Origin: an uncultured bacterium
Lineage (GTDB): Bacteria > Chlamydiota > Chlamydiia > Chlamydiales > SM23-39
Direction of reading: 5' to 3'
NCBI GenBank assembly: GCA_963716985.1
Contig: OY970323.1
Span: forward strand, 1,632,001-1,696,000
Length of the DNA: 64,000 nucleotides
The position numbers and the translations under genes are program-made. Numbering within the stretch: the stretch's first letter is position 1; each line of letters starts with the position of its first letter. Positions 9,972-20,939 of this stretch are shown here, in pieces. Under the pieces are notes generated by a model. It was not told where the DNA came from, did no database searches, and was given only the letters and a program-made list of their open reading frames with translations.

Positions 9972-10406
9972 ATGGCGTTTGAAAATCGGTGCTGGTATCA
10001 GAAGGGGCTGCGTTTTTCCTGCGCGCGCTGCGGCAAATGCTGCGGCGGCTCTCCGGGCTATGTCTTCCTAAAGAAAGAAGAAGCTGAAACAATCGCGCGA
10101 TTTTTAAAGATTTCTCTTGGGAAATTTTATCAAGATTATGCGCGCATCTTATCCGACGGAAGACTCTCTTTGAAGGAAACTCTTGTGTCTTATAACTGCA
10201 TTTTCTTAAAAGATCAAAAGTGTCAAATCTACCCCGTTCGGCCGATCCAATGCCAAACATTTCCTTGGTGGCCCTCTCTTCTTTCCGCAAAGAAAAATTG
10301 GGATGAGGAGAAGGCTGAATGCCCCGGCATTAATGCTGACGGCGGCAAGCTCTATTCCTTCGAGGAGATCCAAAAAGAGCTCGAGCGCAATCTTGCAAGC
10401 CGTTGA
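9972..10406 (+). CDS. YkgJ-family cysteine cluster (CxxCxxCC) protein
   Basis: FSCARCGKCC, CIFL, CQIYPVRPIQCQTFPWW, CPGI. Confidence 0.9.
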   Translation: MAFENRCWYQKGLRFSCARCGKCCGGSPGYVFLKKEEAETIARFLKISLGKFYQDYARILSDGRLSLKETLVSYNCIFLKDQKCQIYPVRPIQCQTFPWWPSLLSAKKNWDEEKAECPGINADGGKLYSFEEIQKELERNLASR

Positions 10407-10444
10407 TTTTCTTTGCCTCTTTGCCTAATATCAAAAAAAAGGAA

Positions 10445-12202
10445 ATGGATATGGACTCATTTGAAAAGACGGCTGCAAAAAATATTCAAGAATGGCTCGA
10501 AGGTCCCTATGATGCAGAAACAAAGGCGGAAATCAGACGCCTCATGAAGGAAAACCCCGAGGAGCTGGAGTCCTGCTTTTATCGACGGCTTTCCTTCGGG
10601 ACGGGAGGGATTCGCGCCCTGATGGGCGTCGGAACCAACCGTTTGAATCGCACCACGATCCGGTTTGCCGCTCAAGGAGTTGCAAACCACCTAAAAAAGC
10701 TCTATCCGAAAGAAAAAAATTTGAAAGTGATCATCGGCTATGACAACCGCAACCTCTCTTCTTCGTTCGCAGAAGAAAGCGCTAGCGTTTTTGCAGGCAA
10801 TGGGATCAAAACCTTCCTATTTGAACAATTAAGACCAACTCCCTTGGTCTCCTTTGGATGCCGCTTTCTTGCCTGCCACGGTGCAATCATGATCACCGCG
10901 TCTCACAATCCTCCGGAATATAATGGTTTTAAAGTCTATGGAAGAGATGGCGGACAGGTGCTGCCTCCCCATGACAAGGAGATCATTGACGAGGTGGAGG
11001 CGGTAAATGGGCCCAGCGACGTCAAGACCGCTCCCATCGACGATCCTCTGATCGAAAAAGTTCTGAAAAAAATCGATTCGGCCTACCTCTCCCATCTTTC
11101 CACTTTGAACCATCTTGAAAAACAGAACAAAAACGAGGGGAAAAATCTGCAGATCATTTATACCAATCTTCACGGAACGGGGTTGACTCTTCTTCCCCAG
11201 GCGCTGTCCGGTTGGGGATTCACCAATATTTCCTATGTCGAAAACCAAAAAAGTTTCGACGGAAATTTTCCGCACGCTCCCAAACCAAATCCCGAGGAAA
11301 AAGAAACTTTAAAAGAGGGCATCCAGCTTCTCTTACAAAAAAAGGCAGACCTCCTCCTTGCCACCGATCCCGATGCAGACCGCATTGCCGTCGTAATCCT
11401 CCATCAGGGAAGTCCGGTCATTATTTCCGGCAATGAGCTCGCCTGTCTTCTTCTGTACCACATCGCCGCATCTCTCAAAGAAAAACAACAACTGCCCCCG
11501 AATGCCGCCGTTGTCAAATCCATCGTCACAAGCGAGCTTTTTAAAGCCATTGCCTCTGATTTTCAATTGATTTGTTTTGATGTATTGACCGGTTTTAAAT
11601 ACATCTCGGAGCTCATCGAACAATGGGAGCAAACGAAAGAATATTCTTTTCTTTTTGGAGCGGAAGAGTCCTATGGCTATCTTGCCAATACCTTTGTTCG
11701 AGATAAGGATGCCATCAGCACGGGATGCCTCATTGCCGAAATGGCGCTAAAAGCAAAATTAGAAAACAAAACACTCCTTGATCTTCTCTACCGGCTCTAC
11801 AAAAAATATGGGGTCTATCAAGAAGGGGTTTTTTCTTTAACCTTTCCCGAAGGCAAGGCGGGAATGAGACAAATGGAAGAGGTGATGGCGCGCCTGAGAC
11901 GACATCCCCCCGCTCTTTTCGGCAACTTGGAGCTCCTTTTGCTGGAAGATTATCAAGAGCGCACGGCTTTGGACCTGGTCTCCAAAAAAAACATCTCTCT
12001 CACCCTCCCCAAATCCGACGTTTTGCGTTTCTGGCTCGATGATAATAGTAAAATTGTCATCCGCCCTTCGGGAACAGAGCCCAAAATCAAGATCTATGCG
12101 GGTGTTGTGGAAAAGAATTTTTCTGACGCCAAAGATCAAATTCCAATCTGCAAAGAGCGGCTGAATGCTCTTTTACATGTCGTGAAAAACACTCTTTTTT
12201 AG
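10445..12202 (+). CDS. pgm: Phosphoglucomutase/phosphomannomutase
   Basis: FGTGGIR, ITASHNP, TDPDADR, GAEESYG, IRPSGTEPKIK. Confidence 0.95.
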   Translation: MDMDSFEKTAAKNIQEWLEGPYDAETKAEIRRLMKENPEELESCFYRRLSFGTGGIRALMGVGTNRLNRTTIRFAAQGVANHLKKLYPKEKNLKVIIGYDNRNLSSSFAEESASVFAGNGIKTFLFEQLRPTPLVSFGCRFLACHGAIMITASHNPPEYNGFKVYGRDGGQVLPPHDKEIIDEVEAVNGPSDVKTAPIDDPLIEKVLKKIDSAYLSHLSTLNHLEKQNKNEGKNLQIIYTNLHGTGLTLLPQALSGWGFTNISYVENQKSFDGNFPHAPKPNPEEKETLKEGIQLLLQKKADLLLATDPDADRIAVVILHQGSPVIISGNELACLLLYHIAASLKEKQQLPPNAAVVKSIVTSELFKAIASDFQLICFDVLTGFKYISELIEQWEQTKEYSFLFGAEESYGYLANTFVRDKDAISTGCLIAEMALKAKLENKTLLDLLYRLYKKYGVYQEGVFSLTFPEGKAGMRQMEEVMARLRRHPPALFGNLELLLLEDYQERTALDLVSKKNISLTLPKSDVLRFWLDDNSKIVIRPSGTEPKIKIYAGVVEKNFSDAKDQIPICKERLNALLHVVKNTLF

Positions 12203-14367
12203 CTTTTTTCTTTTTCCGGATATTTGATGCGGATATGGCGCGTGACAATGATCGTCTTAATGAGCGTTTCCTTAATCGTCTTCAACTCTTGAAAGGTCAA
12301 AGGACACTCGTCGAACTGTCCGTCTTTTGCCTTGTCTTCCACCAACCGGCCGACAAGAGAAGAAAGGGCCTCTTCCGAAAGCTCTTCTAAAGATCTGGAA
12401 GCAGCCTCAACCGCATCAGCAATCATAATGATGGCAGTCTCCTTGCTTTGAGGTTTTGGTCCGGGATAGCGAAAGGCTCTTTCATCGACATCTTCTTTAT
12501 TGCCCCCTTTTAATTCCAGCTCTTTGCAATAGAAATAGTAGACAAGAGTGGTGCCATGATGCTCTCGAATAACATCAATAAAAGAGTGGGGAAGCCGATA
12601 TTTTCGAGCAAGCATTTCTCCGTCGATCACATGGGAAATGATGATTTGCGCCGATTCTTGAGGAGTAAGCAGTTGATGGACATTCACTCCTCTCTGCTGA
12701 TTTTCCGTGAAGAAGTGGGCATTGTTGAGTTTTCCGATATCGTGGTAGAGAGTGGCCACTTTGCAAAAAAGCCCGTTGGCCCCAATCGCTTGCGCGGCCG
12801 TTTCGGCCAAATTTCCAAGAACAAGGCAATGCTGGTAGGTTCCCGGCATCTCGAGCGTTAACTGTCTTAGAAGTTCGTGATTGGGGTTCATATACTCCAT
12901 CAAAGTAATATCGGTGAGCACGTTGAAGAGGGATTCGAGAAGAGTTAAGAACCCGATCACGAGTATTGCCATCACAACCGTAAATAAAGCCGTTGTTCCA
13001 AGGTCAAGCATCAGAACTTTGATCCACAACTTATTGGCCAGAAAAGCAAAACCCAGGATGACCGGAACAACTCCGAGATAGCATTTGCCGCAAAGGACAA
13101 ACACCTCTTTTCTCGTTCGAAAAGATCTGCCTCCGGTCACCACCAGAAGAGCGGCAATGATATTGGAGACAAGAAAATAAAAGGGTTCTACGGCCAAAGA
13201 AATGGTCAAGATGACAACGAGAATTGCCGAAGAGAAAAGAGCAATTCTCGATCCCAGCAAGATCGTAATCAAAAGCGTCGCAAAAGGGACGATCAGAGGA
13301 TAGCGAACGGTCTCGACGAGGTTATTGGTATTTTGCAAAAAAAGATATTCTGTAATCTTTGCAAAAGAAAGGGTCAAAATAAAAATGCAAACCAGCAGGG
13401 AAAGCTTTTGGATCGACTTCCAGGCCGCCTCTTCTTCTCTTTTCAGGTAAAATCCGCTGAAAACAACAAAAACAAACGCCAAGAGCCCATTGCCCAAAAC
13501 CATCCGTGAATTCCACAGATTGCGCCCCTCGCGAATCGCGTTTTTCATCGCATGCAACATAGCGAGGTGGCGCGGCGTTACCTTTTCTCCCTGTCCTATG
13601 ATCCGAGTACCCGCTTTGATCTTCGTAAATTTTTGGGGAACATTCTTTTGCACGAGATCCTTGACATGGGCGATCGCGCTGCGGTCGGGGACGAGCGTCC
13701 ATTGTTTCTGTTCAAAAAAGGAGACGACGAAGTCGATCGTCTCTTCATCTACGTCATTGAGCTGTAAAAAAAGCACTTTGGACAAGGAAATCTCTTTCAA
13801 ATGGTTCCAGTATTCTTGAGGCAAGAGAACGGGATCCTGGTCGGGAAGAGGCGTGAAAACCAGGTATTGATTGACGGGGAGATTGAGTTCTTTCATTTTT
13901 TGGATGGTCCTGGGATTCGCAAACCGGGCCGTAAGAAGCAGCTCTTCCAATGAATCTGCCGTCTTGTCTATCTGCTGGTAGCTGCTATTCGGAAGAATTT
14001 CTTTCCAATGAGGATCTCGAAGAAGATAATTTTCAAAATCCATCCTTGTCTGCCGCAGTTGGCTTTCCATGATTTTATAAATCTCGGAAATTCCGAGCAG
14101 CGCTTCCTGCTTCATGATAATCGTAGATTCATCATCGGGAAACTCAAAATCCACTTGAGAAACGATGAAGCGATTCGCCGTCGAATGCAGGTCTAGCATT
14201 TCAATTTTTTGTTCCCGGAACTGGAAAAAAAGGGTCAGACAAAGCCAACAGATCAGAGCAATGAGCAAGCGCAGCCCTAAATCGTTTTGGACGAACAAAC
14301 CCTTCCAATTATTTTTCGATCGATGTGGCTCTTCCATAATGAGATAGGTCGCCTTTTCCCTCTTCAT
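12199..14367 (-). CDS. 7TM-HD membrane phosphohydrolase (PgpH-like, putative c-di-AMP phosphodiesterase)
   Basis: Extracellular domain, 7 TM segments, then PGTYQH, LYHDIGK, FTENQ, EHHGT, FRYPGPKP, ADAVEAASRS. Confidence 0.88.
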   Translation of the reverse strand: MKREKATYLIMEEPHRSKNNWKGLFVQNDLGLRLLIALICWLCLTLFFQFREQKIEMLDLHSTANRFIVSQVDFEFPDDESTIIMKQEALLGISEIYKIMESQLRQTRMDFENYLLRDPHWKEILPNSSYQQIDKTADSLEELLLTARFANPRTIQKMKELNLPVNQYLVFTPLPDQDPVLLPQEYWNHLKEISLSKVLFLQLNDVDEETIDFVVSFFEQKQWTLVPDRSAIAHVKDLVQKNVPQKFTKIKAGTRIIGQGEKVTPRHLAMLHAMKNAIREGRNLWNSRMVLGNGLLAFVFVVFSGFYLKREEEAAWKSIQKLSLLVCIFILTLSFAKITEYLFLQNTNNLVETVRYPLIVPFATLLITILLGSRIALFSSAILVVILTISLAVEPFYFLVSNIIAALLVVTGGRSFRTRKEVFVLCGKCYLGVVPVILGFAFLANKLWIKVLMLDLGTTALFTVVMAILVIGFLTLLESLFNVLTDITLMEYMNPNHELLRQLTLEMPGTYQHCLVLGNLAETAAQAIGANGLFCKVATLYHDIGKLNNAHFFTENQQRGVNVHQLLTPQESAQIIISHVIDGEMLARKYRLPHSFIDVIREHHGTTLVYYFYCKELELKGGNKEDVDERAFRYPGPKPQSKETAIIMIADAVEAASRSLEELSEEALSSLVGRLVEDKAKDGQFDECPLTFQELKTIKETLIKTIIVTRHIRIKYPEKEKS

Positions 14368-14576
14368 TACACGGTATCAAATTTTTTCTAAAAGTAAAAC
14401 AAGATTCCATTAAGAATCCCATTTTCAAAACAAGCAGACACACGGAATTTCTTTTTTCAAGGAAGTTTTCGTCAATTCTTAAGAGAGAAAAAGAGTCCGG
14501 ATGCTATCATAACCTTTTCTGGACACTAAAAGACCTTTTTTCTAAAAATAGTGAGACGATCAATGGGGGAAAAGAA

Positions 14577-16133
14577 GTGAGAGAATCCTATCAAACCTTT
14601 ACCAGAAAGTACCGCCCTCAAAAATTTCAAGAGGTCGTGGGACAAGAGGCCATCGTCACCACGCTGAAAAACGCGATCCGTTTGAAAAGAAGCGCCCACG
14701 CCTATCTCTTTTCGGGATCTCGAGGCGTTGGCAAAACCACGCTGGCCCGTCTTTTTGCAAAAGCACTCAACTGCCAAAATCTTGATGGACAAATAGAGCC
14801 CTGCAACGAATGCGTCTCCTGCAAAGAGATCGCATCCTCCAGATCCATGGACGTGATTGAGATCGACGGAGCTTCCAATCGCGGCATCGACGACATGCGC
14901 CAAATCAACGAAACCATCACCTATGCGCCCGCCCGCGGATACAAGATCTATATCATCGACGAAGTGCACATGCTCACCAAAGAAGCGTTCAATGCGCTTT
15001 TAAAGACCCTAGAAGAGCCGCCTCCTGCCGTTAAGTTCTTCTTTGCGACAACGGAAGCCCACAAGGTCCTGCCCACCATCATCAGCAGATGCCAGCGGTT
15101 TGATCTGACCCAAATCTCGCACGAGAGCATCGTCACAAAGCTCCAAGCCATCGCCAAGGAATCTTCCCGCGAGGTGGAAGAGGAAGCCATGCACCTAATC
15201 GCACGATTTTCTGAAGGATCCCTTCGCGATGCGGAATCCTTCCTCGATCAAATCTTTTGTTTTGAAGAGGGGCCCATTGCAACCAAAATCATTCATCAAA
15301 CATTGGGAGCAACTCCCTATGAATATTTCTTTCGGCTCGATCTTGCCATTCAAGAAAGAAGGCTCTCTTTTGCTTTTGAATGTATCGATTCTCTTGTCAA
15401 GACAGGAAAAGATTTTTTCTACTTTACCGAAGAGCTGATCGAACACTTTCGGCGGCTCTTGCTCATCAAGATGGGCCAAATCTCTCTTCTCCCCCTGTCC
15501 GATGCTCTCAAAAAAGAGTACCAGAAAAAAGAATCGCTCTATACGCAAGATGAGCTGCTTTCCATCTTGGACCATCTGATGAATGCCCTGCAAACTCTGC
15601 AAAGAAGCGTCTTTAAACGAGCGTCTCTAGAATTCCTTCTTCTCGACGTCATTCGCAGCAAAGAGCGCATCTCTCTTCCCTCTCTTGTCCGCCGTCTGAT
15701 CGATTTAGAAAAGGGGATCGCCAGAGAAACAAAGAGCCCTTATCCGGCGGAGGACAAAACAGCGAAAAACCCCGAGCCGTTATGGGAACACTCTCCCCCT
15801 TTGCAAGAATCTTCGATTGAGAAAACGTCACAAGAAATCAAAAGTGCGCTGCCCGCAACAAATCCCCTACCGGAAACAATCGCTCCTTCCCTGACGCCAC
15901 CAACGCCTGCAAAAGCGCCCGTCTTAGAAAAAATTCCCTTTTCTCTCGAACAAAAAGCCCAAAGCTCTTTGGAAGAAACAACACACTCCTTGCCCGCAGA
16001 CCTAAACAGTTCAAGCAAACTCGAGGAAAAAAAATCCCTTTCCAGCGCCCAAAAAAGCCGCTATGACACCCTCATGCGATTTGCCAGCGTAGAGTTGGAA
16101 GGGTCGCTCGAAATCGATCCCCAAAGGAGGTAG
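14577..16133 (+). CDS. dnaX: DNA polymerase III gamma/tau
   Basis: RKYRP, GSRGVGKTT, EIDGASNRGID, IDEVHML, NALLKTLEEPP, SRCQRF. Confidence 0.97.
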   Translation: MRESYQTFTRKYRPQKFQEVVGQEAIVTTLKNAIRLKRSAHAYLFSGSRGVGKTTLARLFAKALNCQNLDGQIEPCNECVSCKEIASSRSMDVIEIDGASNRGIDDMRQINETITYAPARGYKIYIIDEVHMLTKEAFNALLKTLEEPPPAVKFFFATTEAHKVLPTIISRCQRFDLTQISHESIVTKLQAIAKESSREVEEEAMHLIARFSEGSLRDAESFLDQIFCFEEGPIATKIIHQTLGATPYEYFFRLDLAIQERRLSFAFECIDSLVKTGKDFFYFTEELIEHFRRLLLIKMGQISLLPLSDALKKEYQKKESLYTQDELLSILDHLMNALQTLQRSVFKRASLEFLLLDVIRSKERISLPSLVRRLIDLEKGIARETKSPYPAEDKTAKNPEPLWEHSPPLQESSIEKTSQEIKSALPATNPLPETIAPSLTPPTPAKAPVLEKIPFSLEQKAQSSLEETTHSLPADLNSSSKLEEKKSLSSAQKSRYDTLMRFASVELEGSLEIDPQRR

Positions 16134-16136
16134 GCC

Positions 16137-16430
16137 ATGGGAAGCGGTTTTTCCAAAATGAAAAAACAAGCGAAAATGATGCAGGACCAATTCGACCAGT
16201 TCCAAGAAGAGCTGAAAAAAATGGAAGAGGTGGGCATGGCCGGCGGCGGTCTTGTCAAGATCACGCTCAACGGTGCCAAGGAGATGAAAAAAGTAGAAAT
16301 CCAAAAAGAGTGCGTCGATCCTAGCGATATCGAAGGGCTGCAAGATTTGATCGTAGCCGCCTACAAAGATGCGTTTACAAAAGTCGAAGCAAAAGCAAGC
16401 CCCGCCTCCCCTTTCGGCGGCCTTTCATAA
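16137..16430 (+). CDS. ybaB: YbaB/EbfC nucleoid-associated protein
   Basis: AGGGLVKITLNG, LQDLIVAAY; follows dnaX. Confidence 0.93.
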   Translation: MGSGFSKMKKQAKMMQDQFDQFQEELKKMEEVGMAGGGLVKITLNGAKEMKKVEIQKECVDPSDIEGLQDLIVAAYKDAFTKVEAKASPASPFGGLS

Positions 16431-18089
16431 AGAATCGAGAGCTTCCTTTGTTCTTTTTTGAATATACTCACTCTTCAAAGACATGACCCTTTCTTTGAAT
16501 GCAGACAGGTGAAAAGTAGAAAGGGAAAAGCGCTCAATGCCAAGACCTAAAAAAATGGGAAGATAGTCGGCCGATGCGGCCAATTCTCCGCAGAGAATCA
16601 CGGGTTTTTTGGCCAGTTCTGCTTGCTTGATGACCATCTGCAGAAGCCGCAAAAGACTCAGCGGAATATTTTTGGACAAACCCATCGCCTGTCTGCGATC
16701 GAACCCAAAAAGATATTGCACGAGATCGTTTGTTCCAATCGACAAAAAATCCACCTCTTTTACGATGCGATCCGCCATCAGGGCTGCTGCCGGCACTTCA
16801 ATCATCGATCCGATGTGCAGTTTCGTATTTTGTATAAGGATTCTTTTTTTCAATTCTCTTATGCGCGCTTTGACCTCAAGAATTTCTGCCACATCGGAGA
16901 CAAATGGAAGTAAAAGATGCACCACGCCCGCTTGCGATGCCTCCAAAATTGCGAGAAGCTGATCCTCCAAAATCTTGGGATGCTTCAAAAGAAAACGGAT
17001 GCCCCGATCCGCCTCCAATGATCGCTTGCCAAAGGGAGTCTTTTCTATTTGAGAAAAGAGATCGCTCTTATCAGCTCCCACATCAAAGAGGCGGATGATG
17101 AATGGCTTTGGGGCTAATTTTTTGGCCAGCTCGGTGTAGATTTGGACCTGTCTTGCAAGGCCGGGCACGCCTTTTTCGGCAAGGAAGAGAAACTCGGTCC
17201 GAAAAATACCTACCCCTGCAATCTGATCGTTTGCAACCTTATCGAGATCGCGGATCGTTTCAATATTGACATAGCATTCGACCTTTTGATTCTCCGGCAT
17301 TTTGCGAAAAACCTCTTTTCTCAATTTTTCTTTTTCTAAAATTTTGATCTTTTCTTCCATGAGCTTCAACGTTTTCTTAGAGGGATTGCATACCACCTCT
17401 CCGTTGGTTGCATCGACGAGAATTTCTTCAATCTTCAGATTTTGCACGCGCGCAAAATCAATTTCCGAAACGTAAGGGATGCTGCGCGATCGTGCAATAA
17501 TTGCTGCATGAGAATCGTAGCCGCCGCGCGCAGTCACAAAAGCAAGAACATCCTCCCCTCCTGCGCCCATGGCATCGGAAGGAAAAATTTCCTCCGCGCA
17601 GATGACAACTTTTTTCAGATCATTGTTCTTTTCGGGAAGAGTTTTCAGATTTTTCATTATTCTCTGGGCCACATCCACAACATCTTGAACCCTTTGTTGG
17701 AAAAATAGATCTTCCATTTGATGGAATCGATTTTGATACTCTTCAATCACATTTTCAAATGCAGCCTCCGTCCTCTGCTGGCAGACGCGAATCCTCTCCT
17801 CCACCATTTCTACGATGGCGGGATCAAAGAGCAGCTCTAAATGGGTTTGCAAGATCTTTTGCACAGGAGAGGAGCTTTTCTCTTCGCAAGGCCTGCATAG
17901 GCTTGTCAAATCTTGGCGGCTGCGAGAAAGGGCAAAACGGTAACGAAGGATTTCCCGATCGACCTCTTTTTTTTGCAAAACGCTTTTCCGATTCATCGAT
18001 CTGCTCTTCGAAAGAAAAAAAATCTTGCCCCATGCAATGCCTGCGCTGAGCGAAACGCCCTTTAAGCGGATCTCCTTATTCGCTTCCAT
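16425..18089 (-). CDS. ptsI: PEP-protein phosphotransferase (PTS enzyme I)
   Basis: SHAAIIARS, GVGIFRTEFLF, MIEVPAAA, SIGTNDLVQY, CGELA. Confidence 0.93.
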   Translation of the reverse strand: MEANKEIRLKGVSLSAGIAWGKIFFLSKSRSMNRKSVLQKKEVDREILRYRFALSRSRQDLTSLCRPCEEKSSSPVQKILQTHLELLFDPAIVEMVEERIRVCQQRTEAAFENVIEEYQNRFHQMEDLFFQQRVQDVVDVAQRIMKNLKTLPEKNNDLKKVVICAEEIFPSDAMGAGGEDVLAFVTARGGYDSHAAIIARSRSIPYVSEIDFARVQNLKIEEILVDATNGEVVCNPSKKTLKLMEEKIKILEKEKLRKEVFRKMPENQKVECYVNIETIRDLDKVANDQIAGVGIFRTEFLFLAEKGVPGLARQVQIYTELAKKLAPKPFIIRLFDVGADKSDLFSQIEKTPFGKRSLEADRGIRFLLKHPKILEDQLLAILEASQAGVVHLLLPFVSDVAEILEVKARIRELKKRILIQNTKLHIGSMIEVPAAALMADRIVKEVDFLSIGTNDLVQYLFGFDRRQAMGLSKNIPLSLLRLLQMVIKQAELAKKPVILCGELAASADYLPIFLGLGIERFSLSTFHLSAFKERVMSLKSEYIQKRTKEALDSL

Positions 18090-18357
18090 ATTCCTCCTCA
18101 AAACCATTCTCGAAAGCCCCGGCCAAAAGCTCCATGATCTCTAGCGCATCCTCTCCATCGACTGCAACTTCGATTGCAGCGCCTTTCTTCGCCACCATCA
18201 TCAAGAGATTCACGATAGATCTGGCATTCACCGTCTCATTTTTATAGGTAAAAAAAACTAAAGAGCAGCAATCGCGCAAAAGCCTGGTAATGAAAGCCGC
18301 AGGGCGCATGTGCAGCCCCAACTCATTTTTGATCGTTAAAATTCGTACAATTTTCAC
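18076..18357 (-). CDS. ptsH: HPr phosphocarrier
   Basis: NELGLHMRPAA (His15), NARSI (Ser46). Confidence 0.93.
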   Translation of the reverse strand: MKIVRILTIKNELGLHMRPAAFITRLLRDCCSLVFFTYKNETVNARSIVNLLMMVAKKGAAIEVAVDGEDALEIMELLAGAFENGFEEEYGSE

Positions 18358-19306
18358 GAAATCCCTGCTCTCGGTTTTTTCTTTGGATCATTTCTTGGAG
18401 TTTTTCATGAAATTTTCTGGCCGTATATTCTCCCCTTTCTTTCAAACGATTGTTGAGCGCCAGTGTTTCAAGAAGAAGAACCGCATCCCTTCCCGCCTTG
18501 AGGCAAAGGGTATGAAAAGGAACGCGCACTCCTAAAAGTTCCAAAAATTTTTCCTCAAGACCGATTCGATCTTCCACGAAACTCTCTCTTGCCTCTTCCA
18601 ATCGGACGATCAGATCAACGGTTTTGTTTTTGCACACGGACCCGGCGCCAAAAAGATGCGCCGCATGGATCAAACCAATGCCCCGAATCTCCATGTGGCA
18701 TCCCCCCGCCTCGCTGCCCGATGCAAGCAAATATTTCCAATTCTTCCTTTGAATACAAACCACATCATCTGCGACAAGCCTATGCCCTCTCTGCAAAAGA
18801 CCTAATGCAGATGTGCTCTTGCCGACGCCGGCCTCTCCCTGAATCAAAAGACCTTTGCCAAAAACCTCGACCATGGTCCCGTGAACCATCGTTTCGGGTG
18901 CAAAAACATCCTCGAGAAGATGGAAAAGACGGGAGATAAGCTCTTCGGTGGGACAAGGGGAGAGGAAAAGAGGGAGTTTCTTTCGATTGCAAAGATCGAT
19001 CCATTCTTTGCCGGGGGGATATTTTTTGTGGAAAATCACTGCCGGAATATGGGGGGTCAGCATCCTCTCCAAACGCTTCTCTAATAGAGAAGAAGAGAGC
19101 TTTTTCATATAGCAAACCTCCGGGCGGCCCAAAACCAGAAGACAGGCAGAATCATCCATCTGAAACGAGCCGGCAAGACAAAGTCCGGGCCTTATTACCC
19201 CAAACTTTTGGATCATTCGGTCCAGTCCCCTTTCTCCTGCAATCAACTCAAGGTTGAGTTGTACGCAACAACCTTGATAAAAATCTCGAACAATCTTCCA
19301 CTGCAT
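18323..19306 (-). CDS. hprK: HPr kinase/phosphorylase
   Basis: HGTMVEVFGKG, GEAGVGKS, GHRLVADD, MEIRGIG. Confidence 0.93.
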   Translation of the reverse strand: MQWKIVRDFYQGCCVQLNLELIAGERGLDRMIQKFGVIRPGLCLAGSFQMDDSACLLVLGRPEVCYMKKLSSSLLEKRLERMLTPHIPAVIFHKKYPPGKEWIDLCNRKKLPLFLSPCPTEELISRLFHLLEDVFAPETMVHGTMVEVFGKGLLIQGEAGVGKSTSALGLLQRGHRLVADDVVCIQRKNWKYLLASGSEAGGCHMEIRGIGLIHAAHLFGAGSVCKNKTVDLIVRLEEARESFVEDRIGLEEKFLELLGVRVPFHTLCLKAGRDAVLLLETLALNNRLKERGEYTARKFHEKLQEMIQRKNREQGFRENCTNFNDQK

Positions 19307-19409
19307 CTTTCCTCGAAGCAAAAGGAAACATCCCCGGGGTGATGATAATCAAAAAAAAATCTTTTTAAAAGAGAAAAAACAGGGACTTTGTCTACACTTA
19401 ACACCTTTT

Positions 19410-20894
19410 ATGCAGCAGCTCTTTTGGAATTTTTGGAAAAATTATCCGGCGCTCTATTTTGCACTAAGCCTTTTGATCGGCGCCTCTTTTGCTCTCACCC
19501 ACTCTTGCGCACCCCTAATCGCCCTCTGTTCTTTTATTTTCTTTCGAAGAGAATGGCTCATTGCCCTGGTCCTCATGCTTTTTGGATATCTTTATACATC
19601 GAGCCATATCCCCTCTCCTCTTCCTCAAAACCTCTCTCTTCAGGGAAGCGGCCTTTTTCAAATACACTCCATCACTCCTTGCTCTTCCTTCCAAAAGCGG
19701 CTTCTTTATCAAGGAGAGTTTATTTCTTTTACGACCGACAAAAAAGAAACACTTGCGCACCTGCCCGCCTTTTTTTTTCAGAGCCATCCAACGGAAGAGG
19801 CCCGGATCAAGGCAGATCACGTGATTCATTTCTCAGGGGAACTCAAGGCCATTCGGCCCGCCTGCTTTTTTTTCAAGATCGACAAAAAAAAGGGATGGGA
19901 GATCAAAGAAAAAACCTATTCTCTTGTTGAGATTCGCTATAAAGTAAAAAAAGAGATCTCGCGTTTTCTCGAAGAAAAGATTCCCCACACCCCCTCTTAT
20001 TCCTTTCTCAATGGGCTGATCGTAGGCACTCTCGACGATCGCTTGTTGAAATTTTCCTTCGCAAGGCTCGGGTTGCAGCATGTGATGGCAATTTCCGGAT
20101 CTCATTTTGCTCTTTTAATCTATCTTCTCTCCTTTTTTCTCCATCGCTTTTTTACAAAAAGAAAGACACTTGTTGCCCTTCTTTTCTTTGTGAATCTCTA
20201 CTTTCTTTTCATCGGGCCCTCTCCCTCCATTCAAAGGGCCTATCTCATGAGCCAAGTCTTTTTGATCGCTCAGATCCTCTCCAAAAGAAATCAATCCTTA
20301 AATTCTCTTGGAGTCAGTCTTTTCTTCGCTCTCCTCATCGATCCTTTAATCGTGCAGGATATCGGCTTTCAGCTCAGCTTTCTTTGCACCGGCGCACTGA
20401 TTTTAGGCACGCCTCTTTTCAGCGATCTTTTCTCAAAAATTTTCAAAAAAAGAGAAGAAGCCCCTTCATTTCTTCATCAAGTGGGCTATAAAACATCCGC
20501 TCTTTTGAGAGAAGCGCTCGCCCTTTCCTGTGCCATCAATCTCTGGATCTTTCCGCTTCTGCTCTTTGATTTTTCCAAATTCCCCCTCTTAAGCCTTCTC
20601 TATAATCTCTTTTTTCCTTTTCTGAGCTTCATTCCCATGCTGCTTCTCATTGCCTCTCTTCTCGTCCATGCTCTGCTCCCCTTTGCAGCTCCCCTCTGTT
20701 ATGCAATCACCACCTTTGCAACAAAAGCCATCGTAGACATCGTCCTCTATCCTCCGACCTCGCTCGAAATGACAATCTACTTCCAACACCTTCCTCTTGA
20801 AATCTTGCCCCTCTACTGGTCGCTGCTTCTTCTTGGATTTATCTATTGGAGAGAAAAAGCAAAGCTCAAAAAAGAGTTTTTGGTTTTCATCTAA
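19410..20894 (+). CDS. comEC: ComEC/Rec2 competence membrane protein
   Basis: GLQHVMAISGSH, SPSIQRA, DIGFQLSF. Confidence 0.9.
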   Translation: MQQLFWNFWKNYPALYFALSLLIGASFALTHSCAPLIALCSFIFFRREWLIALVLMLFGYLYTSSHIPSPLPQNLSLQGSGLFQIHSITPCSSFQKRLLYQGEFISFTTDKKETLAHLPAFFFQSHPTEEARIKADHVIHFSGELKAIRPACFFFKIDKKKGWEIKEKTYSLVEIRYKVKKEISRFLEEKIPHTPSYSFLNGLIVGTLDDRLLKFSFARLGLQHVMAISGSHFALLIYLLSFFLHRFFTKRKTLVALLFFVNLYFLFIGPSPSIQRAYLMSQVFLIAQILSKRNQSLNSLGVSLFFALLIDPLIVQDIGFQLSFLCTGALILGTPLFSDLFSKIFKKREEAPSFLHQVGYKTSALLREALALSCAINLWIFPLLLFDFSKFPLLSLLYNLFFPFLSFIPMLLLIASLLVHALLPFAAPLCYAITTFATKAIVDIVLYPPTSLEMTIYFQHLPLEILPLYWSLLLLGFIYWREKAKLKKEFLVFI

Positions 20895-20939
20895 CAATCA
20901 CAAAACCGCTCGTTTAAATCACATTTCTCTAGAATAGCT

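Noticed and set aside
16425..19321. PTS cluster lacking EII permeases as a novel system
   Set aside because: Regulatory EI/HPr/HprK sets without permeases are already known.
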